A DNA stretch of 29,752 bases from Patescibacteria group bacterium (GTDB lineage: Bacteria > Patescibacteriota > UBA1384 > 2-12-FULL-50-11 > DASWYB01), in the NCBI GenBank assembly GCA_036405195.1, contig DASWYB010000071.1:1-29752 (forward strand), given 5' to 3'. Below, in pieces: positions 17,126 through 26,520 of this stretch. Under the pieces are notes generated by a model. That model was not told the origin of the DNA. It did no database searches and was given only the letters and a program-made list of their open reading frames with translations. The position numbers and the translations under genes were made by a program. Each line of letters begins with the position of its first letter. Positions within the stretch are counted from its first letter, which is position 1.

Positions 17126-17935
17126 TTACGAATGTGGGGCGTTCTTGGCTGTTCGGCGAGGAGATCGGCTATGGACTCCTCTCATAATACGAAAAACCCA
17201 AGGCCGTGGAACAATTCGAGTTGCAAGTGAACCGATTGTATTAAGAGTTCCGGGGACGACGACTCTTTTTCCATTGAGCATGCCGCGGTATCCAATAAGA
17301 GCCACTAATTCGGCAGACATTAAGCGATGCCGGGTAAAAAGATTCGTTTGGAGCATGTGTGCTCGAGTCGCAAATCCTGTTTTTGTAGGACCAGGGCATA
17401 ATGCTGTCACAGAGATACCACTTTTCTTTAATTCTTCGGCTAGGGCTTCAGAGAAAGATAGTATGTATGCTTTTGTGGCATAATAGACGGCCATAAATGG
17501 TCCGGGTTGAAATGCGGCCGTTGAAGCTACATTTATTATATGCCCCTTATGGTGCCCTTTCATCTGCTTGAGTACAAGTTTTGTCACTTCGGTAGTTGCT
17601 GCCACATGGACTTCAATCATACCTAGTTCGTAGTCGAGGGAAGTGTCAATAAACGAACCTGATAAACCAAATCCGGCGTTATTAATCAGTACATCAACCG
17701 TGTGGTGGTCTAAAATTTTTTCTATCGTCTTGCGACGTTGTAACGTATCGCTTAAATCGAGTATCTCAATCGATACGGTTACTCCCCAATCTCTTTCTAT
17801 TTCACGTGCGAGAGCTTCAAGCAGTACTTTATTCTGTGACAGCAGAATGAGGTTGTACCCTTGTTCTCCAAGAAGTCTGGCGAAAGCTGCCCCTATGCCT
17901 TGGGATGCGCCCGTAATGAGAGCCGTTTTAATCAT
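17126..17935 (-). CDS. Short-chain dehydrogenase/reductase (classical SDR)
   Basis: ITGASQGIG, INNAG, NVAS, YYATK (YxxxK), LCPGP. Confidence 0.93.
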   Translation of the reverse strand: MIKTALITGASQGIGAAFARLLGEQGYNLILLSQNKVLLEALAREIERDWGVTVSIEILDLSDTLQRRKTIEKILDHHTVDVLINNAGFGLSGSFIDTSLDYELGMIEVHVAATTEVTKLVLKQMKGHHKGHIINVASTAAFQPGPFMAVYYATKAYILSFSEALAEELKKSGISVTALCPGPTKTGFATRAHMLQTNLFTRHRLMSAELVALIGYRGMLNGKRVVVPGTLNTIGSLATRIVPRPWVFRIMRGVHSRSPRRTAKNAPHS

Positions 17936-18040
17936 GGCAGAGTATTTCGTTGCAAAAATGAGAGTGCATATCTAAAGTATAGCAGACTTGTTCCCATTTT
18001 TTTAATGGCAGTCCGTCTCGGACTAAAGTATAATGATACT

Positions 18041-18742
18041 ATGAAAAAAGTTTTAATAACTGGTGGGAATAAAGGGATTGGCCTAGCTCTGACGGAGCTA
18101 TTTCTTGAGAATGGGTACGCTGTGGCGGTTATTGCTCGGGATTTTACCCACTTTTCATATAAAGAAGATAAACGCGTTCAATGTTTTGCCCACGATTTAA
18201 CGGATATTGAGGCGATTCCTCAGTTAGTACGTGAAGTGGGGGAGGTGGATGTGCTTATTAACAATGCTGGCATTATGTTTAGTCTGCCTCATGATGAGTA
18301 TCCTTCCGATAAGAAAGAGTACATACTAAAACTTAATCTGAAGGCTCCGATAGCTCTTATCGAGGCGGTAAGCCGATTAATGGTCACAAAAGGAGACGGC
18401 CGCATTGTTAACGTCGCTTCGATTGCTGGAGAGATTGGGCATCCGGATATCTGGTACGGAGTAACGAAAGCAGCTCTCATTAATGCCACAAAAAGCTTTG
18501 CCCGGCTTTTAGGTCCTGACGGTATTGTGGTTAATTGTGTTGCTCCAGGGCCAGTTACCGATACCGAGATGTTTGAGGTTGTCCCTCAGGCAAGAAAAGA
18601 ACAGTTACAAAAATCGACCATTACACAGACGTTTGCGACGCCAGTTGATGTTGCTCAAACGGTGTTCTGGTTGGCTGACTCTTCCCCAAGCTATATTAAT
18701 GGTGTCTGTATTGATATTAACAACGGTTCTTTCCCGCGGTAA
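18041..18742 (+). CDS. SDR oxidoreductase, FabG-like
   Basis: MKKVLITGGNKGIG, INNAG, NVASIAG, YGVTK, VAPGP. Start reassigned from 17861 to the ATG at 18041, 6 nt after TATAAT. Confidence 0.9.
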   Translation: MKKVLITGGNKGIGLALTELFLENGYAVAVIARDFTHFSYKEDKRVQCFAHDLTDIEAIPQLVREVGEVDVLINNAGIMFSLPHDEYPSDKKEYILKLNLKAPIALIEAVSRLMVTKGDGRIVNVASIAGEIGHPDIWYGVTKAALINATKSFARLLGPDGIVVNCVAPGPVTDTEMFEVVPQARKEQLQKSTITQTFATPVDVAQTVFWLADSSPSYINGVCIDINNGSFPR

Positions 18743-18745
18743 AAA

Positions 18746-19183
18746 TTATACGTAGGAATAGTGAGACTGGGATAAAAAATCGCGGAGAGGCGGTTTGAAC
18801 TTTCCTATGACTTGAGCATCTTCAAAGAATTTTGAAATAGGCATTAACATCCATCGTTGGCCCTCATCGCCTAGCACGATTTTATCAATGGTTGCCTGAT
18901 TGATAAAACAGACCATAAAAGAGAAATGAAGCGTCGTATCTTCTGGTTCGGTATAAAGTTTCTCCCATATAATAGAATTTTCATTGACAGCGATGCCTAA
19001 TTCTTCGTTGACTTCTCGGGCAAGACACTGTCGGGGTGTTTCATTTCCTTCTTTTCCTCCTCCCGGAAGATCCCACATGTTGGCATAGGGTAACTCAGGT
19101 ATGTTGTCACGTAAGAGAACAACGATTTTCTTTTCATGCAAGAGTGCAATTTTGGTGCCCGTAGAGTCAATGTATCTTGCCAT
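18746..19183 (-). CDS. NUDIX hydrolase
   Basis: Nudix box GGGKEGNETPRQCLAREVNEELG preceded by WDLP. Confidence 0.92.
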   Translation of the reverse strand: MARYIDSTGTKIALLHEKKIVVLLRDNIPELPYANMWDLPGGGKEGNETPRQCLAREVNEELGIAVNENSIIWEKLYTEPEDTTLHFSFMVCFINQATIDKIVLGDEGQRWMLMPISKFFEDAQVIGKFKPPLRDFLSQSHYSYV

Positions 19184-19185
19184 GA

Positions 19186-20523
19186 CTATTTTTGAGAGTT
19201 CATTTGCTCGAGGATTTCTCGAACTACTTTTACGTCATTCCAAGGGATAAGTTTCTCTCCTATTAACATGACGTGTTCTCCTCCTTTGCCGGTAATGAGG
19301 ACGGTATCACCTTTTTCGGCCATCCCAATGGCTTTGGAGATTGCTTCTCGACGGTCTGGTATTTTCCACCACCAGTGATTTTCGCCTTTTTTTGCCTCTT
19401 CTGCGTTTGGTCGTCCGCGTGGGATGCCTCCTGCGACTTCATTAATGATGCTGGCCGGGTCTTCGGTGGCAGGATCTTCGTTGGTAACAATTACAAAATC
19501 AGCATAGCGTGCGGCAAGGGCACCTAGAATTGGTCGTTTGGTTTTGTCTCGGTCTCCCATCGATCCGAGTACTGCAATGAGACGTCCTTTCACCATAGGG
19601 CGGAGCGTTGAGTAGACTTGTTGGAGTGCATCGGGGGTGTGGGCAAAATCGACAATAATTGAGTAAGGTTGCCCCAAATCAACTGGTTCCATCCTTCCTT
19701 CTACGGGGCGGAGTTTACGAATGCTTTTTGTTATTTCCTGAAACGGGATCCCGAGGCCGAGGGTTATGCCAACTGCGCACAAAACATTGGCTACGGTAAA
19801 ACGTCCCGGGAGGGGCATGCTAACTTCTGTCTCTCCATAAGGTGTCACCAGTTTAAACGATGTCGTCGTTGAGCCCATTTTTAGCCATGACGCTGTAATA
19901 TCGGGGTCTTTTAGTGCCTCTTTTGGTCGGAGGGGGTCGAGTATCCCGTACGTGAACTTTTTGGACGCTGGATAACTCAAAAATGTCTTGGCAGCCGGGT
20001 CGTCCGCATTCACGACTGAAACTTTGGGATTGTTCGCAAAAAGTTTTTCTTTTGCCTTCTGGTATTCCCCCATTGTTTTATGGTAGTCGAGATGTTCGTG
20101 AGTTAGGTTTGTGAATCCGACAGCCTCATAGTAAATTCCATACACTCGATTTTGATCTAAAGCGTGAGAAGTTGTTTCGACAACGGCGTATTCGCAGCCA
20201 GCGTCGACAAATTTTTTGAGATGCATATGAAGTTCACGGGTGTCGAGCGTTGTTTTCTTTGTCTTGTTTAATTCGCGTTTGCCATTGATAGAGATGGCGA
20301 CGGTTGTGAGCATACCGACTTTGTGACCCGATTCTTCCAGGAGTTGCGTAATGTAGTGGCATGTTGAAGTTTTTCCATTCGTTCCGGTGACTCCAATAAT
20401 GCGAAGTTTTTTAGCGGGGAAACCGTATTGGCTCGCCATAAGAGTCGACTCAATCTTGCGCAACGATTTAATGGTTGTTGGTGAAATACGATTACGTAAA
20501 ATAGATTTAAGAATTTTTTTCAT
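19186..20523 (-). CDS. murE: UDP-MurNAc-L-Ala-D-Glu ligase MurE
   Basis: IGVTGTNGKTST, VETTSHALDQ, FTNLTHEHLDYH, VEGRME, DFAHTPDAL, GDRDKTKR, DRREAI, GKGGE. Confidence 0.93.
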   Translation of the reverse strand: MKKILKSILRNRISPTTIKSLRKIESTLMASQYGFPAKKLRIIGVTGTNGKTSTCHYITQLLEESGHKVGMLTTVAISINGKRELNKTKKTTLDTRELHMHLKKFVDAGCEYAVVETTSHALDQNRVYGIYYEAVGFTNLTHEHLDYHKTMGEYQKAKEKLFANNPKVSVVNADDPAAKTFLSYPASKKFTYGILDPLRPKEALKDPDITASWLKMGSTTTSFKLVTPYGETEVSMPLPGRFTVANVLCAVGITLGLGIPFQEITKSIRKLRPVEGRMEPVDLGQPYSIIVDFAHTPDALQQVYSTLRPMVKGRLIAVLGSMGDRDKTKRPILGALAARYADFVIVTNEDPATEDPASIINEVAGGIPRGRPNAEEAKKGENHWWWKIPDRREAISKAIGMAEKGDTVLITGKGGEHVMLIGEKLIPWNDVKVVREILEQMNSQK

Positions 20524-20525
20524 GA

Positions 20526-21476
20526 TTAATGACGCCTTATCGATTCAGCCGCTTTGAAGAGAGTATACCATAGCGCTTGAAGGGGGACATCCCAGCTGCC
20601 CATAAGATGTATGGATTCCCCTCCAAACTGTTGTTTAAACCGAGTAATGCCGTCGTACGCGTGCTTTTTATCGGTGTCTGGTTTGATGGCCAGAAGATCA
20701 TACGATGTGGCGTTTTTGCTCATTGCCCATTGCATGACGGTCCAGTGCAGCAGATAGGGTGCCATCGCGGCGCGATGTTCGCTTGATGAAGCGCCATACA
20801 GATAGGACGCGACGCCATCATAAAGAGTGGTAATTGATGCTGCTAAAGGAATTCCCTGGAGGCTGGCGATAAAAACTTTGCCACAATTGTGGTGGTAGAG
20901 TACTTGGGCTAATTCCTGGAAATAGGCTTGAGAACGGATAGAAAACTTGTCACGTTTCGCGGTCTCTTCAAACAGGGCATAAAAGATAGCCACGTCTTCT
21001 TCAAGTGTTTTTAGGGTTGTCTCTCGCACCGTTACGCCAGCCCGTTCAGCTACCCGTATGTTGTAGCGCCCCTTTTGTTTCATTTGTTTTAAAGTGGCGT
21101 GCTCTCCACCTGAAAGAGTTACGATTTGGCGGTCGTCTGGCTGGACCGACTCAAATGCTTTTTGAAATCCAGTATAAGTAAAGGCCGCCCGCCATTGCTG
21201 CGCAAGCGGATCAGTCTTAGGGATATTTAGTTCGAGGCGAAAAAATAAGCTGTTACGTCGTTGGGCTACTTCGTATATGGCTGGCAGGAGAGTGATGAGG
21301 AGTGAAGGATGATGAAAAACTTCCGGCGCGTATAAAAACGATTTTCCAAGCGGCAAAGGGCGTTCCAAGATGAGAACATCTTCAAGTTTATGAGCATGCC
21401 AACCCTGGGTCTCGCGAAAGGAGCCCCAAATATCTGACTGAAGAAAACTCTTCGGGTAAGGTGTTTTGTTTTGCAT
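20526..21476 (-). CDS. FemAB/FemX-family lipid II peptidyltransferase (peptidoglycan bridge formation)
   Basis: SFLQSDIWG, QMKQKGRYNIRVAERAGV, ASYLYGASS, YLLHWTVMQWA, YDLL, GITRFKQQFGG. ATG at 21476 preferred over the TTG at 21506, which falls within the predicted promoter. Confidence 0.88.
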   Translation of the reverse strand: MQNKTPYPKSFLQSDIWGSFRETQGWHAHKLEDVLILERPLPLGKSFLYAPEVFHHPSLLITLLPAIYEVAQRRNSLFFRLELNIPKTDPLAQQWRAAFTYTGFQKAFESVQPDDRQIVTLSGGEHATLKQMKQKGRYNIRVAERAGVTVRETTLKTLEEDVAIFYALFEETAKRDKFSIRSQAYFQELAQVLYHHNCGKVFIASLQGIPLAASITTLYDGVASYLYGASSSEHRAAMAPYLLHWTVMQWAMSKNATSYDLLAIKPDTDKKHAYDGITRFKQQFGGESIHLMGSWDVPLQALWYTLFKAAESIRRH

Positions 21477-21523
21477 TCTCAAATCTCTCTCTGTATCATA
21501 GGGCAAGGAAAGAGAAATTACAA
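21471..21523. promoter_or_regulatory. Overlapping bidirectional sigma70 promoters for tsaD (+) and femAB-murE-nudix (-)
   Basis: Plus: TTGCAT(21471-76)-17-TATCAT(21494-99). Minus: TTGTAA(21523-18)-17-TATGAT(21500-495). Confidence 0.6.
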
Positions 21524-21524
21524 A

Positions 21525-22583
21525 ATGCGTATTCTCGCGATAGAAACCAGTTGTGACGAAACCGCTGCAGCCGTTATGGAACGGACTGATACTTCGCCAT
21601 GGGTGAAGACAATTACATCGGTGGTTGCCTCACAGGCAAAGCTTCACGAGAAATACGGCGGTGTGTATCCGGAGGTTGCTTCACGTGAGCATATCCGTAA
21701 AATTCTCCCCGTTATTGCCGAAGCGCTCGATCTGCCTCTTCACGAACGCGGCCGTTTACCGAACTTCTCGGCTGCCGGAATTGATTACCTGGCGGTGACG
21801 GTTGGGCCGGGGCTTATTGGTTCCCTGCTCGTAGGGACGCAGACTATTGCCTCGCTTGGATATGCCACAGGTCTTCCAATTCTGCCGGTCAATCACTTAG
21901 CAGGACATATCTACGCCAGTTTCATTGCGACAGAGTCTGTTCTGACGGCGCCTGATTTTCCTCTTCTCTCCCTCGTTGTGTCTGGCGGCCATACGATGCT
22001 CATTTATATGAAGGGGCATCATCAATATGAATTAATTGGTCAGACACGGGACGATGCCGCAGGTGAAGCGTTTGATAAAGTGGCAAAACTCTTGGGGCTT
22101 GGATATCCGGGCGGTCCTCTTGTTAGCCAGCTGGCACGAAAAGGGAATCGTCATGCGTACAAATTCCCTATCGGTTTGGAACATGAAGATACATGCGATT
22201 TCTCATTTAGTGGACTCAAAACAGCGGTATTGCGCGAGGTTCAAAAAGCAGGTGCTCTGTCGGAGCAGGGAAAGGCGGATATTGCAGCTTCTTTTGAGCG
22301 GGCAGCGATTGAAGCCCTACTCTTAAAAACTTCACGAGCACTTCAATCAAGACCTGTCCGTCATTTTATTTTAGGGGGTGGGGTCGCTGCCAATAACTAT
22401 CTTCGTGAGCGGTTGGCGACACTTTTGGCGCACAAAACACCCGCGGTAACACTCCACGTACCCCCAAGCCATTTATGTACAGATAATGCGGAAGTCATTG
22501 GTGCGGCCGCAGCTTTTAGTAATCTCGTTCCGATTGCTCCGTCCGAGCTAAAAACATATGCTCGGTACCCTCTGACGAGTTAG
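21525..22583 (+). CDS. tsaD: tRNA t6A37 threonylcarbamoyltransferase TsaD
   Basis: MRILAIETSCDETAAAV, YGGVYPEVASREH, GPGLIGSL, VNHLAGH, VSGGHT, DDAAGEAFDK, FSFSGLKTA, GGVAAN, CTDNA. Start reassigned to the ATG at 21525. Confidence 0.97.
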   Translation: MRILAIETSCDETAAAVMERTDTSPWVKTITSVVASQAKLHEKYGGVYPEVASREHIRKILPVIAEALDLPLHERGRLPNFSAAGIDYLAVTVGPGLIGSLLVGTQTIASLGYATGLPILPVNHLAGHIYASFIATESVLTAPDFPLLSLVVSGGHTMLIYMKGHHQYELIGQTRDDAAGEAFDKVAKLLGLGYPGGPLVSQLARKGNRHAYKFPIGLEHEDTCDFSFSGLKTAVLREVQKAGALSEQGKADIAASFERAAIEALLLKTSRALQSRPVRHFILGGGVAANNYLRERLATLLAHKTPAVTLHVPPSHLCTDNAEVIGAAAAFSNLVPIAPSELKTYARYPLTS

Positions 22584-22593
22584 TTACTCGATT

Positions 22594-23205
22594 CTACTGT
22601 GCTTGCTTAAGTGTGTTAAGCATTGCTTGATAGACGATGAGCAGGTCGTCGTCGGCAGGTGTGCTGACTTCATTAAAAAATGTCACGCCAAGAATTGCTT
22701 CGGGATGATTAATATAAGTATCCGTAATAAGGTGTGTTTGTACATTTTCATAACCGGCGGGAATGTCGGAATACGTCACGGCTTCTAGGCCGTCAACACG
22801 AAGGAAGAGACGTTGTTTATACTCTTTCGGAGCCAGGCCGGTACTATTTTTGGGGTATATAAAGACGACGATAGGTCCTTGACCGTCGGAGTCAGGGTTA
22901 AAGTCTGGTGCCTCAGGTGGAAAAAAATGAATTTGAGTCGAATCACGGAAACCAATCTTCCAATCAGCGGGATATTGAATCGAAAAGTGGAATGCTTCGT
23001 TAGTGTATGTTTTCCATGGCTCCGGAGTTGCCGTCGCCGTTGGCTGTGGCTCGGCGGCTTTGCCATGGCTTGCTGTGTAGTCATACATCAAAAGGCCACC
23101 GCTGACTAAAAAGGCAGCTAAAATAATGCTCAAACTTAAGAGTGCCGAGCGAGTTCGGGGTAATAATTGAAATGATTTCTTGAGCTTTTTGATGAGGTTA
23201 ATCAT
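22594..23205 (-). CDS. Membrane-anchored PsbP-like protein
   Basis: N-terminal TM helix, PT linker, WKTYTNEAFHFSIQYPADW motif typical of PsbP-related proteins in CPR genomes. Confidence 0.6.
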   Translation of the reverse strand: MINLIKKLKKSFQLLPRTRSALLSLSIILAAFLVSGGLLMYDYTASHGKAAEPQPTATATPEPWKTYTNEAFHFSIQYPADWKIGFRDSTQIHFFPPEAPDFNPDSDGQGPIVVFIYPKNSTGLAPKEYKQRLFLRVDGLEAVTYSDIPAGYENVQTHLITDTYINHPEAILGVTFFNEVSTPADDDLLIVYQAMLNTLKQAQ

Positions 23206-23213
23206 GTGCTCGT

Positions 23214-23242
23214 ATTATATACGAAAATGGCTAAAAAGCCAA
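23214..23242 (-). promoter_or_regulatory. sigma70 promoter for 22594..23205, near-leaderless
   Basis: TTGGCT-17-TATAAT, then 8 nt to the ATG; no SD. Confidence 0.6.
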
Positions 23243-23270
23243 GGGTTAGCTGTTCTCGCTTGGAGGTTGG

Positions 23271-23281
23271 TGTGGTAGAAT
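23271..23281 (+). promoter_or_regulatory. Extended -10 promoter for valS
   Basis: TGTG-G-TAGAAT, 9 nt upstream of the ATG; no SD. Confidence 0.55.
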
Positions 23282-23290
23282 AACACTATT

Positions 23291-25417
23291 ATGCAAGACT
23301 TTCCAAAGCGCTTCGACTCAGCGACTGCTGAACCCCTCATTTACGATAAATGGGTTGCCTCTGGTGGCTTTTCCCCTTCTATGGAGAGCCAAGCAGAAGC
23401 CCGTTCTATTTTAATGCCTCCACCAAATGCGAATGGAGCCCTTCATTTAGGCCACGCCTATGAAATCGCGATTCAAGATACGCTTATTCGCTATTGGCGT
23501 ATGCGTGGTTATAAAACGCTCTGGCAGCCGGGAGCCGATCACGCAGGTTTCGAAACACAGTATGTTTTTGATCGGAAGCTGGAAAAAGAAGGCCGCAACC
23601 GGTTTTCTATCCCGCGCGCAGAGTTGTACCAAGAAATCTATGATTTTAGTATCGCTAACCAGGCCGTGATCCGCCAACAGTTTGAACGGATGGGAGCAAG
23701 CGCTGACTGGTCCCGTTTCCGGTTCATGCTCGAACCTGATTTGGTGAAAACTGTTTATAAAACCTTTAAACAGCTCTACGACGATGGCCTTATCTACCGT
23801 GCCAAACGACCTGTTCACTGGTGCATAAAAGATCAAACGACGCTCTCCGATTTAGAGGTTACTGACCAAGAACAAACAGATAAGCTCTATTATCTTACCT
23901 ATGGGCCGGTTACCGTCGCGACCGTGCGCCCAGAAACTCAGTTTGGAGATGTGGCGATTGCTGTTCACCCCGAGGATGAGCGCTACAAAGATTTAGTTGG
24001 CACGACTGTAGACGTGAAGATGGCTCACCAAACAGTATCATTGCCCGTTATTGCCGATGATTACGTCAACCGCGAATTTGGTACAGGCGCCTTAAAAATA
24101 ACGCCGGCTCATGACCCAAATGATTTCGAGATTGCTCAGCGTCATAATTTGGATCTCCCAATCGTGATTGATCAATATGGCAAATTGACTGATCAGTGCG
24201 GTCAATTTTCGGGGATGAAAATTGCAGATGCTCGTGCGGCAGTTGTGGCTGAGCTTGAATCACTCGGAGTGGTAGAGAAAATTGAAGCCTATCCTCATAC
24301 GGTAAAGGTTTGTTATAAATGTAACCGTCTGATTGAGCCTCGAATCATTGATCAGTGGTGGTTGTCTCTTACGAAACCAAGCCAGTCTAAACAAAAATCC
24401 CTTCGTGATTTGGCTGTAGGGGCGGTGGCGTCCGGTGAAACCCGTTTTATCACCGAACGGTATGAAAACCAGTTCCATAGCTGGATGGAAAGCGTGCGAG
24501 ATTGGCCACTTTCGCGTCAAATTGTATGGGGTATTCAACTGCCTGTTTGGTACGCCAAAGACGGTTCTGTCGTGGTGACCGAAGGCGAAGAGCCGGCCAA
24601 CGCTTCTGAACTTACTCGTGACAGCGATGTTTTTGATACGTGGTTTTCTTCGTGTCAGTGGCCTTTCTCAACGCTGGGAAATCACAATGACGATCTGGAA
24701 ACATTTTATCCCACAACGGCGATGACCCCAGGATACGAACTTATCTTTTTCTGGGTTGCTCGGATGATGATGCTTGGTATTTATACACAAGGCAAGTCGC
24801 CCTACAAGGTGGTTATGCTCCACGGCATTGTTCGTGATGGCAAAGGACAAAAGATGTCCAAATCGAAAGGGAATACTGTCGACCCATTGGCGACAGCCGA
24901 TCAATACGGCGCGGACGCTATTCGCCTCGCTTTATTATATGGTACGGCTCCGGGAACGGACCCTACAGCAAGTGAAGAGAAGATTCGGGGAATGCGTAAC
25001 TTTGGAACCAAGGTTTGGAACATCGCCCGCTATATTACGATGAGTAAGTCAGCAGATGCTAAATCAGAGTTTATACCTGTTACAGACGCCGACCATACCG
25101 TGATTAAGCAATTACATTCGACGATTGCCACTGTCACTCAGGCGCTGGATGACTACCAACTTCACATTGCGCTTGAGTCCTTATATCAATTTATCTGGCG
25201 TGATGTCGCCGATGTTTATTTAGAAAAAACCAAAGACCAACTCCAAAATGAGACCACCAAGCTCACAACAGAGGGGAATTTAGTGTACGTATTAGACACT
25301 ATCCTTCGTCTTCTTCATCCTTTTGCGCCGTTCGTTACGGAAGCATTGTGGTCAGAGGTTATGCCCGGTCAACCACTCTTGCTTGTTAGTCAGTGGCCTG
25401 AGGTTACGAATGGTTGA
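23291..25417 (+). CDS. valS: Valine--tRNA ligase, short form (708 aa)
   Basis: MPPPNANGALHLGH (HIGH), GADHAGFETQ, editing ATVRPET/GTGALKITPAHDPND, DWPLSRQIVWG, DVFDTWFSS, KMSKSKGN, RLLHPFAPFVTEALW. Confidence 0.96.
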   Translation: MQDFPKRFDSATAEPLIYDKWVASGGFSPSMESQAEARSILMPPPNANGALHLGHAYEIAIQDTLIRYWRMRGYKTLWQPGADHAGFETQYVFDRKLEKEGRNRFSIPRAELYQEIYDFSIANQAVIRQQFERMGASADWSRFRFMLEPDLVKTVYKTFKQLYDDGLIYRAKRPVHWCIKDQTTLSDLEVTDQEQTDKLYYLTYGPVTVATVRPETQFGDVAIAVHPEDERYKDLVGTTVDVKMAHQTVSLPVIADDYVNREFGTGALKITPAHDPNDFEIAQRHNLDLPIVIDQYGKLTDQCGQFSGMKIADARAAVVAELESLGVVEKIEAYPHTVKVCYKCNRLIEPRIIDQWWLSLTKPSQSKQKSLRDLAVGAVASGETRFITERYENQFHSWMESVRDWPLSRQIVWGIQLPVWYAKDGSVVVTEGEEPANASELTRDSDVFDTWFSSCQWPFSTLGNHNDDLETFYPTTAMTPGYELIFFWVARMMMLGIYTQGKSPYKVVMLHGIVRDGKGQKMSKSKGNTVDPLATADQYGADAIRLALLYGTAPGTDPTASEEKIRGMRNFGTKVWNIARYITMSKSADAKSEFIPVTDADHTVIKQLHSTIATVTQALDDYQLHIALESLYQFIWRDVADVYLEKTKDQLQNETTKLTTEGNLVYVLDTILRLLHPFAPFVTEALWSEVMPGQPLLLVSQWPEVTNG

Positions 25418-25967
25418 ATTCCAAGTGCCCCCAACCTACCGGGTCGCAACGAGACTGGCATCGAATGTATCGGTAGCCCCTCGATTGTCGTCTCGATTCG
25501 CGATAATTCTCGGTAGTGTTTTTTTCGGTGGGCTTATAGTTATTAAGCTCATTGCCGGTGCTATATATGCAGAAGAAACTCGCTTATTGCCGAGCGCTGA
25601 GACGGAAATATTACCAACATACCAGCTCACTGTTAAAAAGATGACCAATGTTGAAAAGGCAATGAAATCGGCCGATAGGCTCGTTTCTAAAGGCTACTAT
25701 GATTTTTCTGAATTACTGTACGCGCAGGCTTCTACTCTTGATCCTAACTTACGAGATGCTTCCTATGGATGGGCTTACTCGATTATAAAAAAGCCACACT
25801 TAGCCTCCAAGGATCTGGTGGATCTCCATACTGCTATGAGTCGGGCCGAAGCCGTAGATCCTCTCTATCCTCCTCTTCTCCAGTTAAAACTTATTGTCGC
25901 GACTTTAGAAAAAGACCAATCAACAACCACTGCAACGCAAGCTCGTCTCGATTCTCTCAAGTTTTAA
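25410..25967 (+). CDS. Single-pass membrane protein with TPR-like helical domain
   Basis: ATG overlaps the valS end by 8 nt; TM FAIILGSVFFGGLIVIKLIA; AxxLDP helical repeats (YAQASTLDP, AEAVDP). Confidence 0.6.
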   Translation: MVEFQVPPTYRVATRLASNVSVAPRLSSRFAIILGSVFFGGLIVIKLIAGAIYAEETRLLPSAETEILPTYQLTVKKMTNVEKAMKSADRLVSKGYYDFSELLYAQASTLDPNLRDASYGWAYSIIKKPHLASKDLVDLHTAMSRAEAVDPLYPPLLQLKLIVATLEKDQSTTTATQARLDSLKF

Positions 25968-26084
25968 TAAATATTTTAACTTCTTATCGTATAGTATTAT
26001 AGCTGTCGCTATAGTACTTCCGATGGAATATGCTATGGTGAAGATGTATTTCAGCAACTCGGTCACGGTAGAAAGGGGAAATCA

Positions 26085-26492
26085 GTGGTACGTCGACTGT
26101 TCATGCTGGCCCTGGTGGCCGGTATCGTTTCTCTGGGTGCGGTAGCGCCCGTGCGTTCACAGGAGAAGGCCGCTCCGGTGAAACGCGACCCGCGGCTAAT
26201 CGCCAAATGGGAACTCTCTAACGGCGCCTTCTTCCGTTTCTGGGATGATGGTGAGGCCGAAAAGGGATATGGACCCATACTGAAGCACGGTAGCTGGCGG
26301 ACCGAGAAGACTTCAACGGGAAAGGATCAACTCATCTGCGTCTGGCGCGACGATGCAGTCTTTCCCAATTCAGAAGGGGTTTACACCCTTTCATCTGACG
26401 GAACTATCCTCACTCTCGACATTGTCGAGGGAAGGGATCTCAAGAAAGAAACACCCCAGCGTGTGAAGTTGGAGAAAGTGGTGAGGAAGTAA
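26085..26492 (+). CDS. Secreted lipocalin-like beta-barrel hypothetical protein
   Basis: AAAGGGG SD with GTG start; signal peptide; DPRLIAKWEL and GVYTLSSDGTILTL resemble lipocalin-like domain motifs. Confidence 0.6.
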   Translation: MVRRLFMLALVAGIVSLGAVAPVRSQEKAAPVKRDPRLIAKWELSNGAFFRFWDDGEAEKGYGPILKHGSWRTEKTSTGKDQLICVWRDDAVFPNSEGVYTLSSDGTILTLDIVEGRDLKKETPQRVKLEKVVRK

Positions 26493-26520
26493 TCCCTCAG
26501 GAAAAGCTGGTGATCTGCAT

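Noticed and set aside
17972-18032. 10-bp direct repeat CTAAAGTATA flanking 41 nt (possible target-site duplication)
   Set aside because: Each copy contains a -10 element for one of the divergent SDRs, and there is no element between them.
25410-25967. Downstream ORF as the missing ValRS coiled-coil (split gene or frameshift)
   Set aside because: It encodes a TM helix plus TPR-like helices with no resemblance to the ValRS arm.
26429-26436. GGGAAGGG matching the E. coli KOPS motif
   Set aside because: A single instance is expected by chance, and KOPS sequences are lineage-specific.
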